NCBI GenBank assembly: GCA_963708075.1
Contig: OY970194.1
Location: 1,088,001-1,152,000 of the forward strand
DNA: 64,000 nucleotides
Source: Sedimentisphaerales bacterium
GTDB lineage: Bacteria; Planctomycetota; Phycisphaerae; Sedimentisphaerales; Anaerobacaceae
Reading direction: 5' to 3'
Numbering within the stretch: the stretch's first letter is position 1; each line of letters begins with the position of its first letter. Shown here in pieces: positions 9,189 to 18,835 of this stretch. Below the pieces are notes generated by a model. That model did no database searches, was not told where the DNA came from, and saw only the letters and a list, made by a program, of their open reading frames with translations. Made by a program: the position numbers and the translations under genes.

Positions 9189-9232
9189 CTGATGCATGGT
9201 CTATACATATATGTATGCATATCCTGATGCAT
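9189..9232. promoter_or_regulatory. Probable vapBC operator
   Basis: Perfect palindrome ATACATATATGTAT at 9203-9216 flanked by the direct repeat CTGATGCAT at 9189 and 9224. Confidence 0.55.
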
Positions 9233-9347
9233 ATGTCAAGTGGAAATCGAGCGACGGAAAGATAAGAATGCGGCTGCGTTTCTTGGCACGGGGTGGCTCG
9301 CTGGACGGGAGAGATCACATCATAGGGCATAGCCCGCTCAATGAGAA

Positions 9348-9418
9348 GGGTCGTGCGAGGACGCACGCCCTACGAAGAGCACGACCCTCCGCGTAGGATG
9401 AGCGTCCCCGCTCGTCCC
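9348..9418. repeat. Pair of GTAG-type REP palindromes
   Basis: GGGTCGTGCGAGGACGCACGCCCTAC and GTAGGATGAGCGTCCCCGCTCGTCCC. Confidence 0.75.
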
Positions 9419-9482
9419 TTTTTGGCGTGTGTCGGGGGCCGGATCACAGGCGTAGGACACTCATGTAGAGGGTGGAATAGAA

Positions 9483-9510
9483 CAGGGCTCCCCGCGATTG
9501 GGGAGCCCTG
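9483..9510 (-). terminator. Hairpin terminator downstream of the glutamate synthase-family gene
   Basis: CAGGGCTCCCC-gcgatt-GGGGAGCCCTG. Confidence 0.65.
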
Positions 9511-9537
9511 GTTCAACTTTGTGCTGTGAAGCCGGGA

Positions 9538-11137
9538 TCAGGAGTTGATGATCTTCTCGGCTTCTTCTCTGTAGGCGTCCATGATGAAGGGGATGCCGGA
9601 GACTTGTGCGGCTTCCGGGGTGAGGGCCATCAGGTCCTCGCGGCTGATCGTGGAGACCTTGAAGTTTCGGCTGCCGGCCATGAGCTGCTGGAGGCCGACC
9701 TTCAGCTTGTCGGCGAGGGTGTAGAAGGCGATCGCGCCGAGCGGCAGGCTCTTGACGGTGTCCTTGCCGTACTTGGCGACCAGGTCCTCGTAGCAGACGA
9801 AGATTTCCTCGACCTTGTTGCCGTAGGCGCTGACGGTCTTGGGCAGAGCCTCGCCGCCTTCGTTGAGCCAGATGCCGATGTTCTTGCCGACCATGCCGGG
9901 GATCATCAGGGCCCGGCCCATGCAGACCGCCTTAGTGAACGGGGCGCCCATGGCCAGGACCTTGAAGATGTGGTCTTCGGAGCTGAATCCGCCGGCGATG
10001 GCGATGTCGGGGACGAACTCGCCCCGGGCCGCGAGCTTGCGGCACAGCTCCTGCGTCATCGCTTGCAGGTAGAACGTCGGGACGCCCCATTCCTGCATCA
10101 TGCGCCAGGGGCTCATGCCCGTGCCGCCTGCGGCTCCGTCAATCGTCAGCAGGTCGAGCTTGGCCTCGGAGGCCCACTTGATGGCCATGGCCAGCTCGCG
10201 CATCGGATAGGCGCCGGTCTTGAGGGTGACGCGCTTCGCGCCCATCTTGCGGATGCGCTCGACTTCTTTCATGAAGCCGTCGCGATCGACGAATCCCAGG
10301 CGGGAATGTCTCTCGAAGTGCTTCAGGGCGCCGTCGCGGAAGGCGGCCTGGTTGGCCTCGTTCGACGGGTCGGGCGTCACGAGGTAGCCTCGGCGCTGCA
10401 GCTCGAGGGCCCGGTCCAGCGTGTCCACCTGGATTTCGCCGCCGATGCACTTGGCGCCTTGGCCCCACTTGAGTTCGATGCACTCGACGCCGAGGTTGCT
10501 GACCACGTACTCGGCCACGCCCAGGCGGGTGTCCTCCACGTTCATCTGGACGATCATGTCGCCGTAGCCTTCGTGGTAGCGGCGATACTGCGCGACGCGC
10601 TCGGCCATGTTCGGCGACTTCTTGACTTTGCCCTTGGAATCGAGCTCCAGGCCGGGATCGATGCCGCAGACATTTTCGCCGCAGACGATGGTCACGCCGG
10701 CAATCGCGGCGCCGGTGGCGAAGTGCTCCCAGTTCTTGCGGGCGATTTCCGTCGAGCCGAGGGCGCCTGTGAAAATGGGCAAACGCATCTTCACCTTCTT
10801 GTTGACGCCGTACTCCGTCTCCGTGTTCACCATGGGAAACAGGGTGTTGTCCGGGTGGCCCGACTGGCCTTGGGGCAACCCCTTGGCGCCGAGGGCATAG
10901 CCGGCGATGTTGAGGTGAGAGTAGTCGAGGGGGTAGTTCTTGTCGCCGCCGGCGGTCAAGGTTCCGAACGGACCGGGGTAGATGACTTCCCGGCCGCGGA
11001 AGCTGGCCTTGAACGTCTCGCAGTTGCCTCGACATCCGTCGATGCAACGCGTGCAGATTCCCGAGAACCGGCGAAACGCTCCGCGAGCGATTCGACGTCT
11101 GGGTGGCCTCATTGGCATTGGGCTGTAGCAGACTCAT
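9538..11137 (-). CDS. FMN-binding glutamate synthase family protein (1-nt frameshift near 11066, probably artefact)
   Basis: ELKWGQGAKCIGGE, TIDGAAGGTGMSP, AVCMGRA; the N-terminus MSLLQPNANEAT is in another frame and joins as SPVSGICTRC. Confidence 0.85.
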
Positions 11138-11256
11138 TTCGGGCTCCTTTCTAAGATTCTTCTTGTTTCTTTCGATTAGCGGAACTAATATTATGCGCAT
11201 GTATGCTTAACGGGAAAAGCAGTTTATCGTGATACATTCCATAAGGGCGACTGATA

Positions 11257-12141
11257 ATGCATGTAGAAACGTTGAAGATCTTTTGCGATCTGGCGGATTC
11301 GCGGAGTTTCTCAAAGACGGCGGAGAAGCATCTGCTGAGCCAGTCGGCGATCTCGCAGCAGCTTGCCCAGTTGGAAATGGCCTATAAGTGCCAGTTGATC
11401 ACGCGCAAGAAGAGGCCGATCGAACTGACCCCGGCCGGACAGGTATTCTATAAGGGGGCCAAGGAGATCCTTGAACGATACGAGCAGCTCAAGAACGAGG
11501 TCAACACCCTCCAGAGCACGACCGACCACCGCATCAACGTGGCGGCGATCTTCAGCATCGGCATGCACAGCCTGCCCGATTACGTCAAGAAGTTCATGGT
11601 CACGTACCCCCAGGTCAACGTACATATCGAGTATTTCAGAGCGGATAAGATCTATGAACTGATTCTGGATGGGGAGGTCGATATCGGCCTGGTCGCCGTA
11701 CCGAAGAAGGATAAACGGCTGGAAGTATATGACTTCGAGGAGGAGACGATGGTCCTGGTGTGCAACCCCAAGCATCCCCTGGCCAAGGAGTCTGAGATCG
11801 ACATCCACAAGCTGCAGTTCGAGCGGTTTATCGCATTCGAACGAGAGGTGCCAACCCGCATATGGCTTGACGGCATCCTGTCCCGCTATAATACTGTGGT
11901 GCGGCCTGTGATGGAATTCGACAACACGGAGACGATCAAGCGCGCCGTCGAGATCAATGCAGGGGTGAGCATCCTGCCGGAGGCGGTGGTCGTTCAGGAG
12001 GTCGCCGGAGGCACGTTGAAGACCGTGCCCTTCTCCAACGAGCGTTTTGTCCGGCCGACCGGCATTCTCGTCCGCAAAGGCAAGCTCTTCAGCCAGGCCG
12101 GCCGGTATCTCGTTGAGTTGCTGAGGAAACAGGCAAAATAG
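11257..12141 (+). CDS. LysR family transcriptional regulator
   Basis: SFSKTAEKHLLSQSAISQQLAQLE HTH, ELTPAG; divergent from the glutamate synthase-family gene. Confidence 0.93.
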   Translation: MHVETLKIFCDLADSRSFSKTAEKHLLSQSAISQQLAQLEMAYKCQLITRKKRPIELTPAGQVFYKGAKEILERYEQLKNEVNTLQSTTDHRINVAAIFSIGMHSLPDYVKKFMVTYPQVNVHIEYFRADKIYELILDGEVDIGLVAVPKKDKRLEVYDFEEETMVLVCNPKHPLAKESEIDIHKLQFERFIAFEREVPTRIWLDGILSRYNTVVRPVMEFDNTETIKRAVEINAGVSILPEAVVVQEVAGGTLKTVPFSNERFVRPTGILVRKGKLFSQAGRYLVELLRKQAK

Positions 12142-12170
12142 ACGGTTTCCGCACCTGGATTGATGTGTAT

Positions 12171-12779
12171 ATGGCGATAAAGGCAGTGATATTCGATCTG
12201 GACGGTACCATTACCGAGCCCTACTTCGACTTCGACGCGATTCGCGAGGAGATCGGGATCGGTAGAAATGGAGGATCGGTGCTGGAAGCCATGGAGAAGA
12301 TGACGCCCGAGCAGCGGCAGCGGGCCGAGGAGATTCTTCATTTCCACGAGGAGAAGGCCCTGGCCGCCTCCAGGCTGAATCCCGGCGCCCGGGAAACGCT
12401 GGCGGACCTGCGCCGGCGAGGCATCCCCATCGGCATCCTGACCCGCAACCGCAAATGCAATGCCGTGGCCATCGCAGAGAAGCATAGCCTTCAATTCGAC
12501 GGGATCGTGGGCCGGGAGGATGGCCCGGTAAAACCGGACGCATTTGGGGTGCGGCACCTGTGCCGGCACTTCGGCGTCGAGCCCCCCGAGACCCTGCTGG
12601 TGGGCGATTATCTCTACGACGTGCTTTGTGCCCGTGCGGCCGGAGCGATCTCTGTACTACTGGCCAACCATCCGCGAGCCCCGGAGTTCGTTCAGCATGC
12701 GGATTTTGTCATCCAGAATTTACGCGAGATACTTCAAATCATTGACGATAAATGTTCTATCGAAGGAACTGAGTCCTGA
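12171..12779 (+). CDS. HAD family hydrolase
   Basis: FDLDGT, LTRN, KP, VGDYLYD. Confidence 0.9.
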   Translation: MAIKAVIFDLDGTITEPYFDFDAIREEIGIGRNGGSVLEAMEKMTPEQRQRAEEILHFHEEKALAASRLNPGARETLADLRRRGIPIGILTRNRKCNAVAIAEKHSLQFDGIVGREDGPVKPDAFGVRHLCRHFGVEPPETLLVGDYLYDVLCARAAGAISVLLANHPRAPEFVQHADFVIQNLREILQIIDDKCSIEGTES

Positions 12780-12791
12780 GAGGATAAGGAT

Positions 12792-13619
12792 ATGCACAGG
12801 ATAGTCATTGCAGGAGCCATCGTCGGTTTCTCGTTCATCGCCGGCCCGTTGTACGGCCAATCTTGTTCCGCGAGTTCCACTACCTGCCAAGTCCAGCCAC
12901 AGCAGCAGGAGCAACAACCGCCCGCCGACAGTCCCCTGGAGATGATTCTTGAGGGATTGCAGAAGAAGGCGTCAGAGTTGAAATCCTACGAGTGCAAGGT
13001 AGATTACCTCGTCAATCAGACGTTGCTCGAATCGAAGACGCGCCGGACCGGCGTGCTCTACTACGCCCGGTTCGACGGCAGGTCCCGGCTACGCGTCGAT
13101 TTCCTCACCCTTCAGCAGGACGAGGAGCCGCAGCAGGAGTATCGCGAGCAGATCACCTTCGACGGCGTGTGGCTCCAGCAGATCAGCTACCAGACCCGCA
13201 GCGTCGAGCGCCGCCAGATGACCGAGCCAAACAAGCCGATTGACGCCTTCGCGCTGGCCAGCCGCCAGGTCCCCGTGTTCGGGTTCTCCAAGGTCGAGGA
13301 CCTCCACAAGCAGTTCGAAATCACACTCGTGGCCGACGAGCAGAAGGAAGCGTCGCCATATCACCACCTTCATCTGAAGGTGAAACCCGATTCCATCTAC
13401 AAAGACGACTACAGCACGATAGATTTCTGGATCGATAAGAAGCTGGGATTGCCCGCCAAGATCGTGGCCGTGGGCGCAGAGGTCGATGTCGGCGAGACCT
13501 ATGAGATCAAGCTGATCGAGCCCAAGATAAACACGGGCATCGACAAGAGCGTATTCCAGGTCAGTACCCCGACGGGTTTCTCCGTGGAGACCATCCCGCT
13601 GGAAAAGCAGCAGAAGTGA
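12792..13619 (+). CDS. Exported LolA-like protein
   Basis: Signal peptide; beta-rich pattern with FDGVWL, FWIDKKLGLP and FQVSTPTGFSVE typical of LolA-fold proteins. Confidence 0.6.
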   Translation: MHRIVIAGAIVGFSFIAGPLYGQSCSASSTTCQVQPQQQEQQPPADSPLEMILEGLQKKASELKSYECKVDYLVNQTLLESKTRRTGVLYYARFDGRSRLRVDFLTLQQDEEPQQEYREQITFDGVWLQQISYQTRSVERRQMTEPNKPIDAFALASRQVPVFGFSKVEDLHKQFEITLVADEQKEASPYHHLHLKVKPDSIYKDDYSTIDFWIDKKLGLPAKIVAVGAEVDVGETYEIKLIEPKINTGIDKSVFQVSTPTGFSVETIPLEKQQK

Positions 13620-13677
13620 AAAGGGACGCCCCGGAATGGGTTTTGCGAGCACAGGTATTGAGGACGGCACAACAACG

Positions 13678-15220
13678 ATGGTTACAGGTCGCGTGAACGA
13701 GAACGATTTCCGGGGTCTGGTGGAGAAACGGGCACAACCGCTGCTGTCGCTGGTCAGTTATCTCTCGCAGTGCAACCCGTCGGATGATTTCCTGACCCGT
13801 CCTCTGGCGGGCGAGCTGTTGTCGCAGGCGATGCAAGTGGAGGAATTCTTGGACACGTACGACGCGGGCAAGTGCTGCACGTGGTGCAACCTGCGATCGT
13901 TGACGGCCGCCTTCAAGCTTTTCGCCGAGGTCGGCTATGAGCTGCTCCACATCCGCCACCGTATACCGACCTATCGGCTGATGTCGGTGACGAAGGATTT
14001 CGCCGCCGCGACGGAAGATACCCTCAAGGTCATCAACGGCGTTCTCTCCGGCGCCGCCAAAGAACTGGTGGCCAAGGCGCAGGAGCTGAATCTATCGGTC
14101 CCCTCAGGGGACGGCATCGAGGAGATGTACGCGGAACGGCGTCTCATCGGCCACCTGCCGCACGATTGCCGCGCTCGACGAGGCCAAACCGCAGCGGAAA
14201 CCGTCGCCCTGCTGGCCACGGCCTTCCTGAACCTGGCCTCGGAAAGCGAAGACGTCCGGGCGGCCACCCGCGCCAAGCAGGAGGAATACGCCCTGTGCGT
14301 GGCGGCCTCCCTCACCGAGGAGAGACTCCGCAGCCTCGAGCTCCGCTTCCACAACCTCCAGTCGAAGTACGACACGTCCGTCTCCGGCACGGAAGTGGAG
14401 CGCACGGACGCGGAGCTGCCCGTCCTGCGCGGCCACGCCAGCGTCGTGTTCCACCTGCTGAAAATCGCGACATTGTTTGCCCATTATTACGAGCGGCACG
14501 TGAACAAAGAGGCGTGCATCGCTCCGCCGTTGTCGCACCGCCTCATCTCCGCGGACGCCCTGTTGGCGGTGCTGATGAACTACTCGATCACGTTCATCGA
14601 CCTGTACATCGGCGGCACGGTGGAAGTGTGCCAGGAGATGCTCAAGCGCTACGCCGAGGTCGGCCGCATCGAAGTCCCGATCCCCAAGTACCGCGGCTTC
14701 CACGTCCGGCCCTCCACGCTGGTCGCCAAGCTCGTCCTCCATTACGGCAGCAACGTCCAGATGCTCCTCGGCGACGGCACGTACGACGCCGGCATGCCGC
14801 TCGACCTGTTCCGGGCCAATGAAGCCATCAATGCCCAGAAACGCCGATGGCTGGCCAAAGAGATCGTTCAACTGAGTCTGTTCCCGGAGGACTCCACGAC
14901 CGAGGACGTGACATCGGTCGTCCGCAGCACGATCCTGGCGCTGGCCCAGAAGGGCAAGCTCATCATGTACGAGCAGCCGCTGGACATCCCCGAGCACGCC
15001 GGCAAGGTGGAGGGCACGCTGCTCCAACGCGTCATCAGCGAGAACCGGCCGCCTGCTGGCCCTGGGCAAGATCGACATCGAGACGGACATGACCGCCCAG
15101 TTCATCGGCGACAAGCGCGTCCTCGCCGACATCCGCCTGCTCGCCCAGTACGGCTACGGCGAAGACAACTTCGGCAACAACATCGCCTTACCTGATAAAC
15201 TCGCCTACCTGCGCCGATGA
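13678..15220 (+). CDS. Large protein with HPr-like phosphocarrier motif (frameshift near 15043, probably artefact)
   Basis: YRGFHVRPSTLVAK resembles the HPr active-site motif GxHxRP; the shifted frame continues ETGRLLALGKID...PDKLAYLRR. Confidence 0.7.
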
Positions 15221-15245
15221 CCCCTCCAGTTCGCATGCTTCTATC

Positions 15246-15266
15246 GTAGGGTGTGCATCGCACACC
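15246..15266 (+). repeat. GTAG-type REP
   Basis: GTAG-GGTGTGC-atc-GCACACC. Confidence 0.55.
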
Positions 15267-15274
15267 GATTCCCT

Positions 15275-15649
15275 CTATTCACAGAGCTTGCGGCAGACAG
15301 TGACAAACTCTCTCGCCCAACCGAGCACTTCCCGCGCCTTCTCGTCCACCAGTCGGACCACAGGCAGGTAGTCGCTCTCCTGTTGGAGGTCAAAAGTGTC
15401 GGCAAAATACCTGTGGAGTCTGATATCGACATGCCCGGGCTTGGCAAAGAACTGGCCAAAAGCCGCGATGACGCCCTGGTGCGAATGACGCGTGATACCC
15501 CGATGCAACAAGGCCGCCGTGGCGGCGTGGAACATGGCATAGTAGGCCCTGTTGACGGCAGCGCCGACACGGGAGGCGGCCAGGAGCAACTCTGCGTCCG
15601 CGATGCAATCATCGGCCCTCTCAAGGTGCAGACGTACGTCGTCGGTCAC
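15275..15649 (-). CDS. HEPN domain protein
   Basis: AVNRAYYAMFHAA, SHQGVI..FGQFF, SDY. Confidence 0.88.
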   Translation of the reverse strand: MTDDVRLHLERADDCIADAELLLAASRVGAAVNRAYYAMFHAATAALLHRGITRHSHQGVIAAFGQFFAKPGHVDIRLHRYFADTFDLQQESDYLPVVRLVDEKAREVLGWAREFVTVCRKLCE

Positions 15650-15975
15650 GCTGGAATCCCCTCATCTCTGACGGCTCCACAAACGGCGAATCGACGGGTC
15701 TCGAAATCGACTTCTCTGATCAGCAGAAAACTGACAAGCGTATCATACTCTACACTGATACCGGAGCGGAGATTGCTAATGCGCATGTGCTCGGCAAAGC
15801 TGTCTGCGACCTCATCAAGCACCACCGCAATGTCGATGTCGCTGTCCTCGTGCAGCCGATCTCGTGCCGCCGAGCCGTAGAGGTACACGCCCCGCAATCG
15901 CTCGCCGTAGATTTTCTCCAGTCCCACCCGAACCTTCGCCGCGATCTCCAATGCCTGTTCCCGTGTCGTCACCAT
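15646..15975 (-). CDS. Minimal nucleotidyltransferase (MNT)
   Basis: LYGSAAR...DSDIDIAVV; overlaps the HEPN start. Confidence 0.88.
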   Translation of the reverse strand: MVTTREQALEIAAKVRVGLEKIYGERLRGVYLYGSAARDRLHEDSDIDIAVVLDEVADSFAEHMRISNLRSGISVEYDTLVSFLLIREVDFETRRFAVCGAVRDEGIPA

Positions 15976-16036
15976 GACGCCATCATAGCATTTCCGCCGA
16001 ATCCGATGCAACAACAAAGGCCCTTCACAGACCGCC

Positions 16037-16208
16037 ATGTGCGACTACATTTCGTGGGCAAACAGCCCCCAATTGTCATGCTGAGCGAAGCGAAGCGTCT
16101 GGCCCACGAATGAAACCAACGCTTGTTCCCACGCTCGACTGAGATCCTTCGCTGACGCTCAGGATGACAAGATGCACGCTCGGCCCCCCACAAAAATTAG
16201 TCGCACAC
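16037..16208. mobile_element. MITE carrying the terminal inverted repeats of the IS at 21142-22675 and an internal palindromic repeat
   Basis: aTGTGCGACTACATTTCGTGGG ... CCCCACAAAAATTAGTCGCACAC; internal TTGTCATGCTGAGCG...CGCTCAGGATGACAA. Confidence 0.8.
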
Positions 16209-16412
16209 GACGGGCAGTCCGCCGCCGTTTGGAGGCCACCCTGCTCCAAGCCGAACAGGCAGAGAAGGCGACAAGGAAGAAGTGAGGACGAGGCCGCCCC
16301 GTTATCCGCATGATCAACGGCGAAAGAAAAGGGGTATGTCCCTCCAGTACCCCCGGAGATACGGAATTCTCAGTCGTAATCGGTATCAGCCGTACATGGG
16401 ACTTGCGATCGA

Positions 16413-16465
16413 TAGAGCACTAGCCTCCCAAGCTGGCTACGCGGGTCCGATTCCCGCCACCCGCT
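16413..16465 (+). pseudogene. tRNA-Gly(CCC) remnant with degenerate 5' end
   Basis: Anticodon arm CTAGC-CTCCCAA-GCTGG, T-arm GCGGG-TCCGATT-CCCGC, 3' acceptor CACCCGC-T; no matching GCGGGTG 5' strand. Confidence 0.7.
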
Positions 16466-16603
16466 TTCTCTACGGGGGCAGAAGACGTGGCAATCCAATT
16501 CTCTATCCGCTTATTTCAACATACGGCGGGCGGCAGCGCAAGGGGCAAGGCGAGAGAATCTGTGGCGGGAGCGTGTCGGAAAACAAAGACCGCCAAGGAG
16601 CGA

Positions 16604-17341
16604 TCAGGCAAGATACTGCTTCCGAGAGGCCAGGAAATCGTCTGGAGACCCTGAGCAACCTTGGCACCTTGCGTACAGGTGTAATCCCGACTCAAGTGCG
16701 CCAATCAGATAGCGATCCCCTAAAGGTTTTGGACCGCCGTTACGAGTGTACTCAAGCAGACCCAACGCCTCAAGGCGCTCCAACATACGCCGAAGAAGCG
16801 AAACATCAGACAGCTTGGCAGCTTTCAGGAGTTCGTTGACACGGAAGGTCAGATTACACACGCTTATTTCGGTGAAACCATCGGCAAGAAGCGATTTGAC
16901 GGTAGCTTGGAAAATGAAGTCAAAGAGTCGGGCCTCCGGGGTGGTCATTTGGCTGAGCATGTCTATGAAGATGAGATTCGAGTCATCTTTGCCATCTTCA
17001 GTGCAAGACGAAGCCAATAGCCCAGCCCACATACTCTGAATATCGACATCCTCCACCCATGAACCTTCTTCAAATGCCTTCATGACGATGCGGGCAGGAG
17101 CACTGAAATTCTCCAATGGAGTCCTCTTCTCCTCCATCATGGCTCTGAACTTCTCACCGAGGGCGATCATCTGACAAGCCCTCCAGTAGCTCACCCTATC
17201 TTTGAACAGAAGCCCAAGTTCGTCTGAAGCTGGTTTGCAGACACTCCGTATAGCTCCGACTACTGCCTCAGCACTAATCTTAAGTGATTCGCCACAAGGC
17301 CTGAGTCCCAGCCAATCACCCTTCAGTTTCTCGTCACACAT
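16604..17341 (-). CDS. Abi-alpha/DUF4393-like protein
   Basis: SWVEDVDIQSMWAGLLAS...FIDMLSQMTTPEA and a C-terminal wHTH-like LERLEALGLL; AGGAGG RBS; lower GC. Confidence 0.6.
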   Translation of the reverse strand: MCDEKLKGDWLGLRPCGESLKISAEAVVGAIRSVCKPASDELGLLFKDRVSYWRACQMIALGEKFRAMMEEKRTPLENFSAPARIVMKAFEEGSWVEDVDIQSMWAGLLASSCTEDGKDDSNLIFIDMLSQMTTPEARLFDFIFQATVKSLLADGFTEISVCNLTFRVNELLKAAKLSDVSLLRRMLERLEALGLLEYTRNGGPKPLGDRYLIGALESGLHLYARCQGCSGSPDDFLASRKQYLA

Positions 17342-17535
17342 AGAAGCCTCCTTAATACAGAGCACAACGGCCACAATATGGCAACATGACACGAAGGTCA
17401 AGTGATCCTTGACAAAGTCTGTCAAATCGGTAGGATTGGCGGCGTTCCTTCCGCAGGTGTCTCGTACAGCATTTGAAACGGGGCTTGGCGTTATGCGGAT
17501 CGATATAATCAATATCAGGCCGACAAGGTGTACTG

Positions 17536-18348
17536 ATGGCTAAGAAACGTCCTGACCCGGCACCGATAGAGCCGCGAGAATTCAAATCAGTCGATGAGAT
17601 TGATGCTGCGATTGCCAAGATCGAGCGGCGAATCCGCGATCTCGACCAACTGAATGTCATAGGGGCTGTTCTGAACGATCCCGGTGCAGTCGAAGTCATA
17701 CAAAGTAACCTGCGAGAAACCGTTCGAGAGGTATTTGGCGAGAACTCGCCGCAGTTTAAGGAACATAAGTATATCAGCCTTTGGGGCGGGGACTGGCAGG
17801 TAGATATGTCCGACACAGAAGAAGCCATCAAAGGGTATAATCACGGGCGTAAGCGGTTAATTACGATTCTCAATGGCTTCATCTCAGGACTCAAAGAGAA
17901 GAAGGAGGACTTGGGCGGTGTGGGTGCAGCATCCGTTCCTTCTACTTACTTCGACCGACTCAAGCTCCACCCCCGAATTGAGGATGTATCACGCGACCTT
18001 TTTCTTGATGGACACCACTGGCCAGCAGTCTTCGAAGCTTCCAAGGCATTGGTGAACTACATCAAGGAACGGTCGGGCTGCCATGAGCTTGATGGCACGA
18101 CACTCGTCAGGACTGTGTTCTCGAAAAATAGTCCGATCTTGGCCTTCAACGACCTGTCTGACCAGACCAAACAAGATGAACAAGAAGGCATGATGCATCT
18201 TTTCGAAGGGGCTATCCTCGGCATCAGAAATCCGGGCGGTCATTCTTTTCCAGAAGGCCCAGAGCAGCGCGCTATTGAGTACATATCCCTGCTGAGTCTT
18301 CTCGCGTACAGAGTCCAAGAAGCCACTAAGCGTCGCCAGGGCTCTTAG
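17536..18348 (+). CDS. TIGR02391 (Ymh-like) family protein
   Basis: LHPRI..LFLDGH..AVFEA, DGTTL..VFS, EQEGMMHLFEGA..IRNPGGH. Confidence 0.8.
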   Translation: MAKKRPDPAPIEPREFKSVDEIDAAIAKIERRIRDLDQLNVIGAVLNDPGAVEVIQSNLRETVREVFGENSPQFKEHKYISLWGGDWQVDMSDTEEAIKGYNHGRKRLITILNGFISGLKEKKEDLGGVGAASVPSTYFDRLKLHPRIEDVSRDLFLDGHHWPAVFEASKALVNYIKERSGCHELDGTTLVRTVFSKNSPILAFNDLSDQTKQDEQEGMMHLFEGAILGIRNPGGHSFPEGPEQRAIEYISLLSLLAYRVQEATKRRQGS

Positions 18349-18835
18349 TGACATGAGTTGATGGAACGGTAAGGCGGCCACCTGGGGGTACGCCTCACAG
18401 ACGGCCGACAAGTGCTTCACCTTCGAGGTATAGTCTTACGTGGGGAGCTTCTGCTCGCTGGTAGCACGGGGGCGGCATCTATTCTGGCCCATGACGTACT
18501 CGACCTTGTCAGTGGGATTCAAAGTTGGCCATCCATTCGTGGTATCACCAGCGGCAGGGTCGGAGGCTGTGCGGATGGCGGATGGGTGGGCCAGCCGTGG
18601 AGACGCAGGATCTTGTGTCTCCATAGCTTGTTACGGCCGGTTGTCGCAATCTTGGCATGCAGTCGCCATGTCGCGACGAAGTGGGGGCCGCCGCTTGACG
18701 GCGAGTGCCGGCGTCTGGTACACTCACATTCAGGTCCCTGCGATTCTGATTCTTGGTGGCGGCCCAAGGTAGGTGGGTGTGCCGCAACGGAGAGTTCCTG
18801 TCATATCAGTTCTTTCTTTTTTGGAGGGTTGGATC

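Noticed and set aside
9526..11154. Long antisense or overlapping ORFs (e.g. 9526-11154 +, 26542-29301 -, 47692-49074 -)
   Set aside because: Shadow frames of GC-rich genes with no recognisable motifs; the opposite strand carries clear proteins.
16395..16465. Functional tRNA-Gly
   Set aside because: The 5' acceptor strand and D-stem do not pair with their partners.
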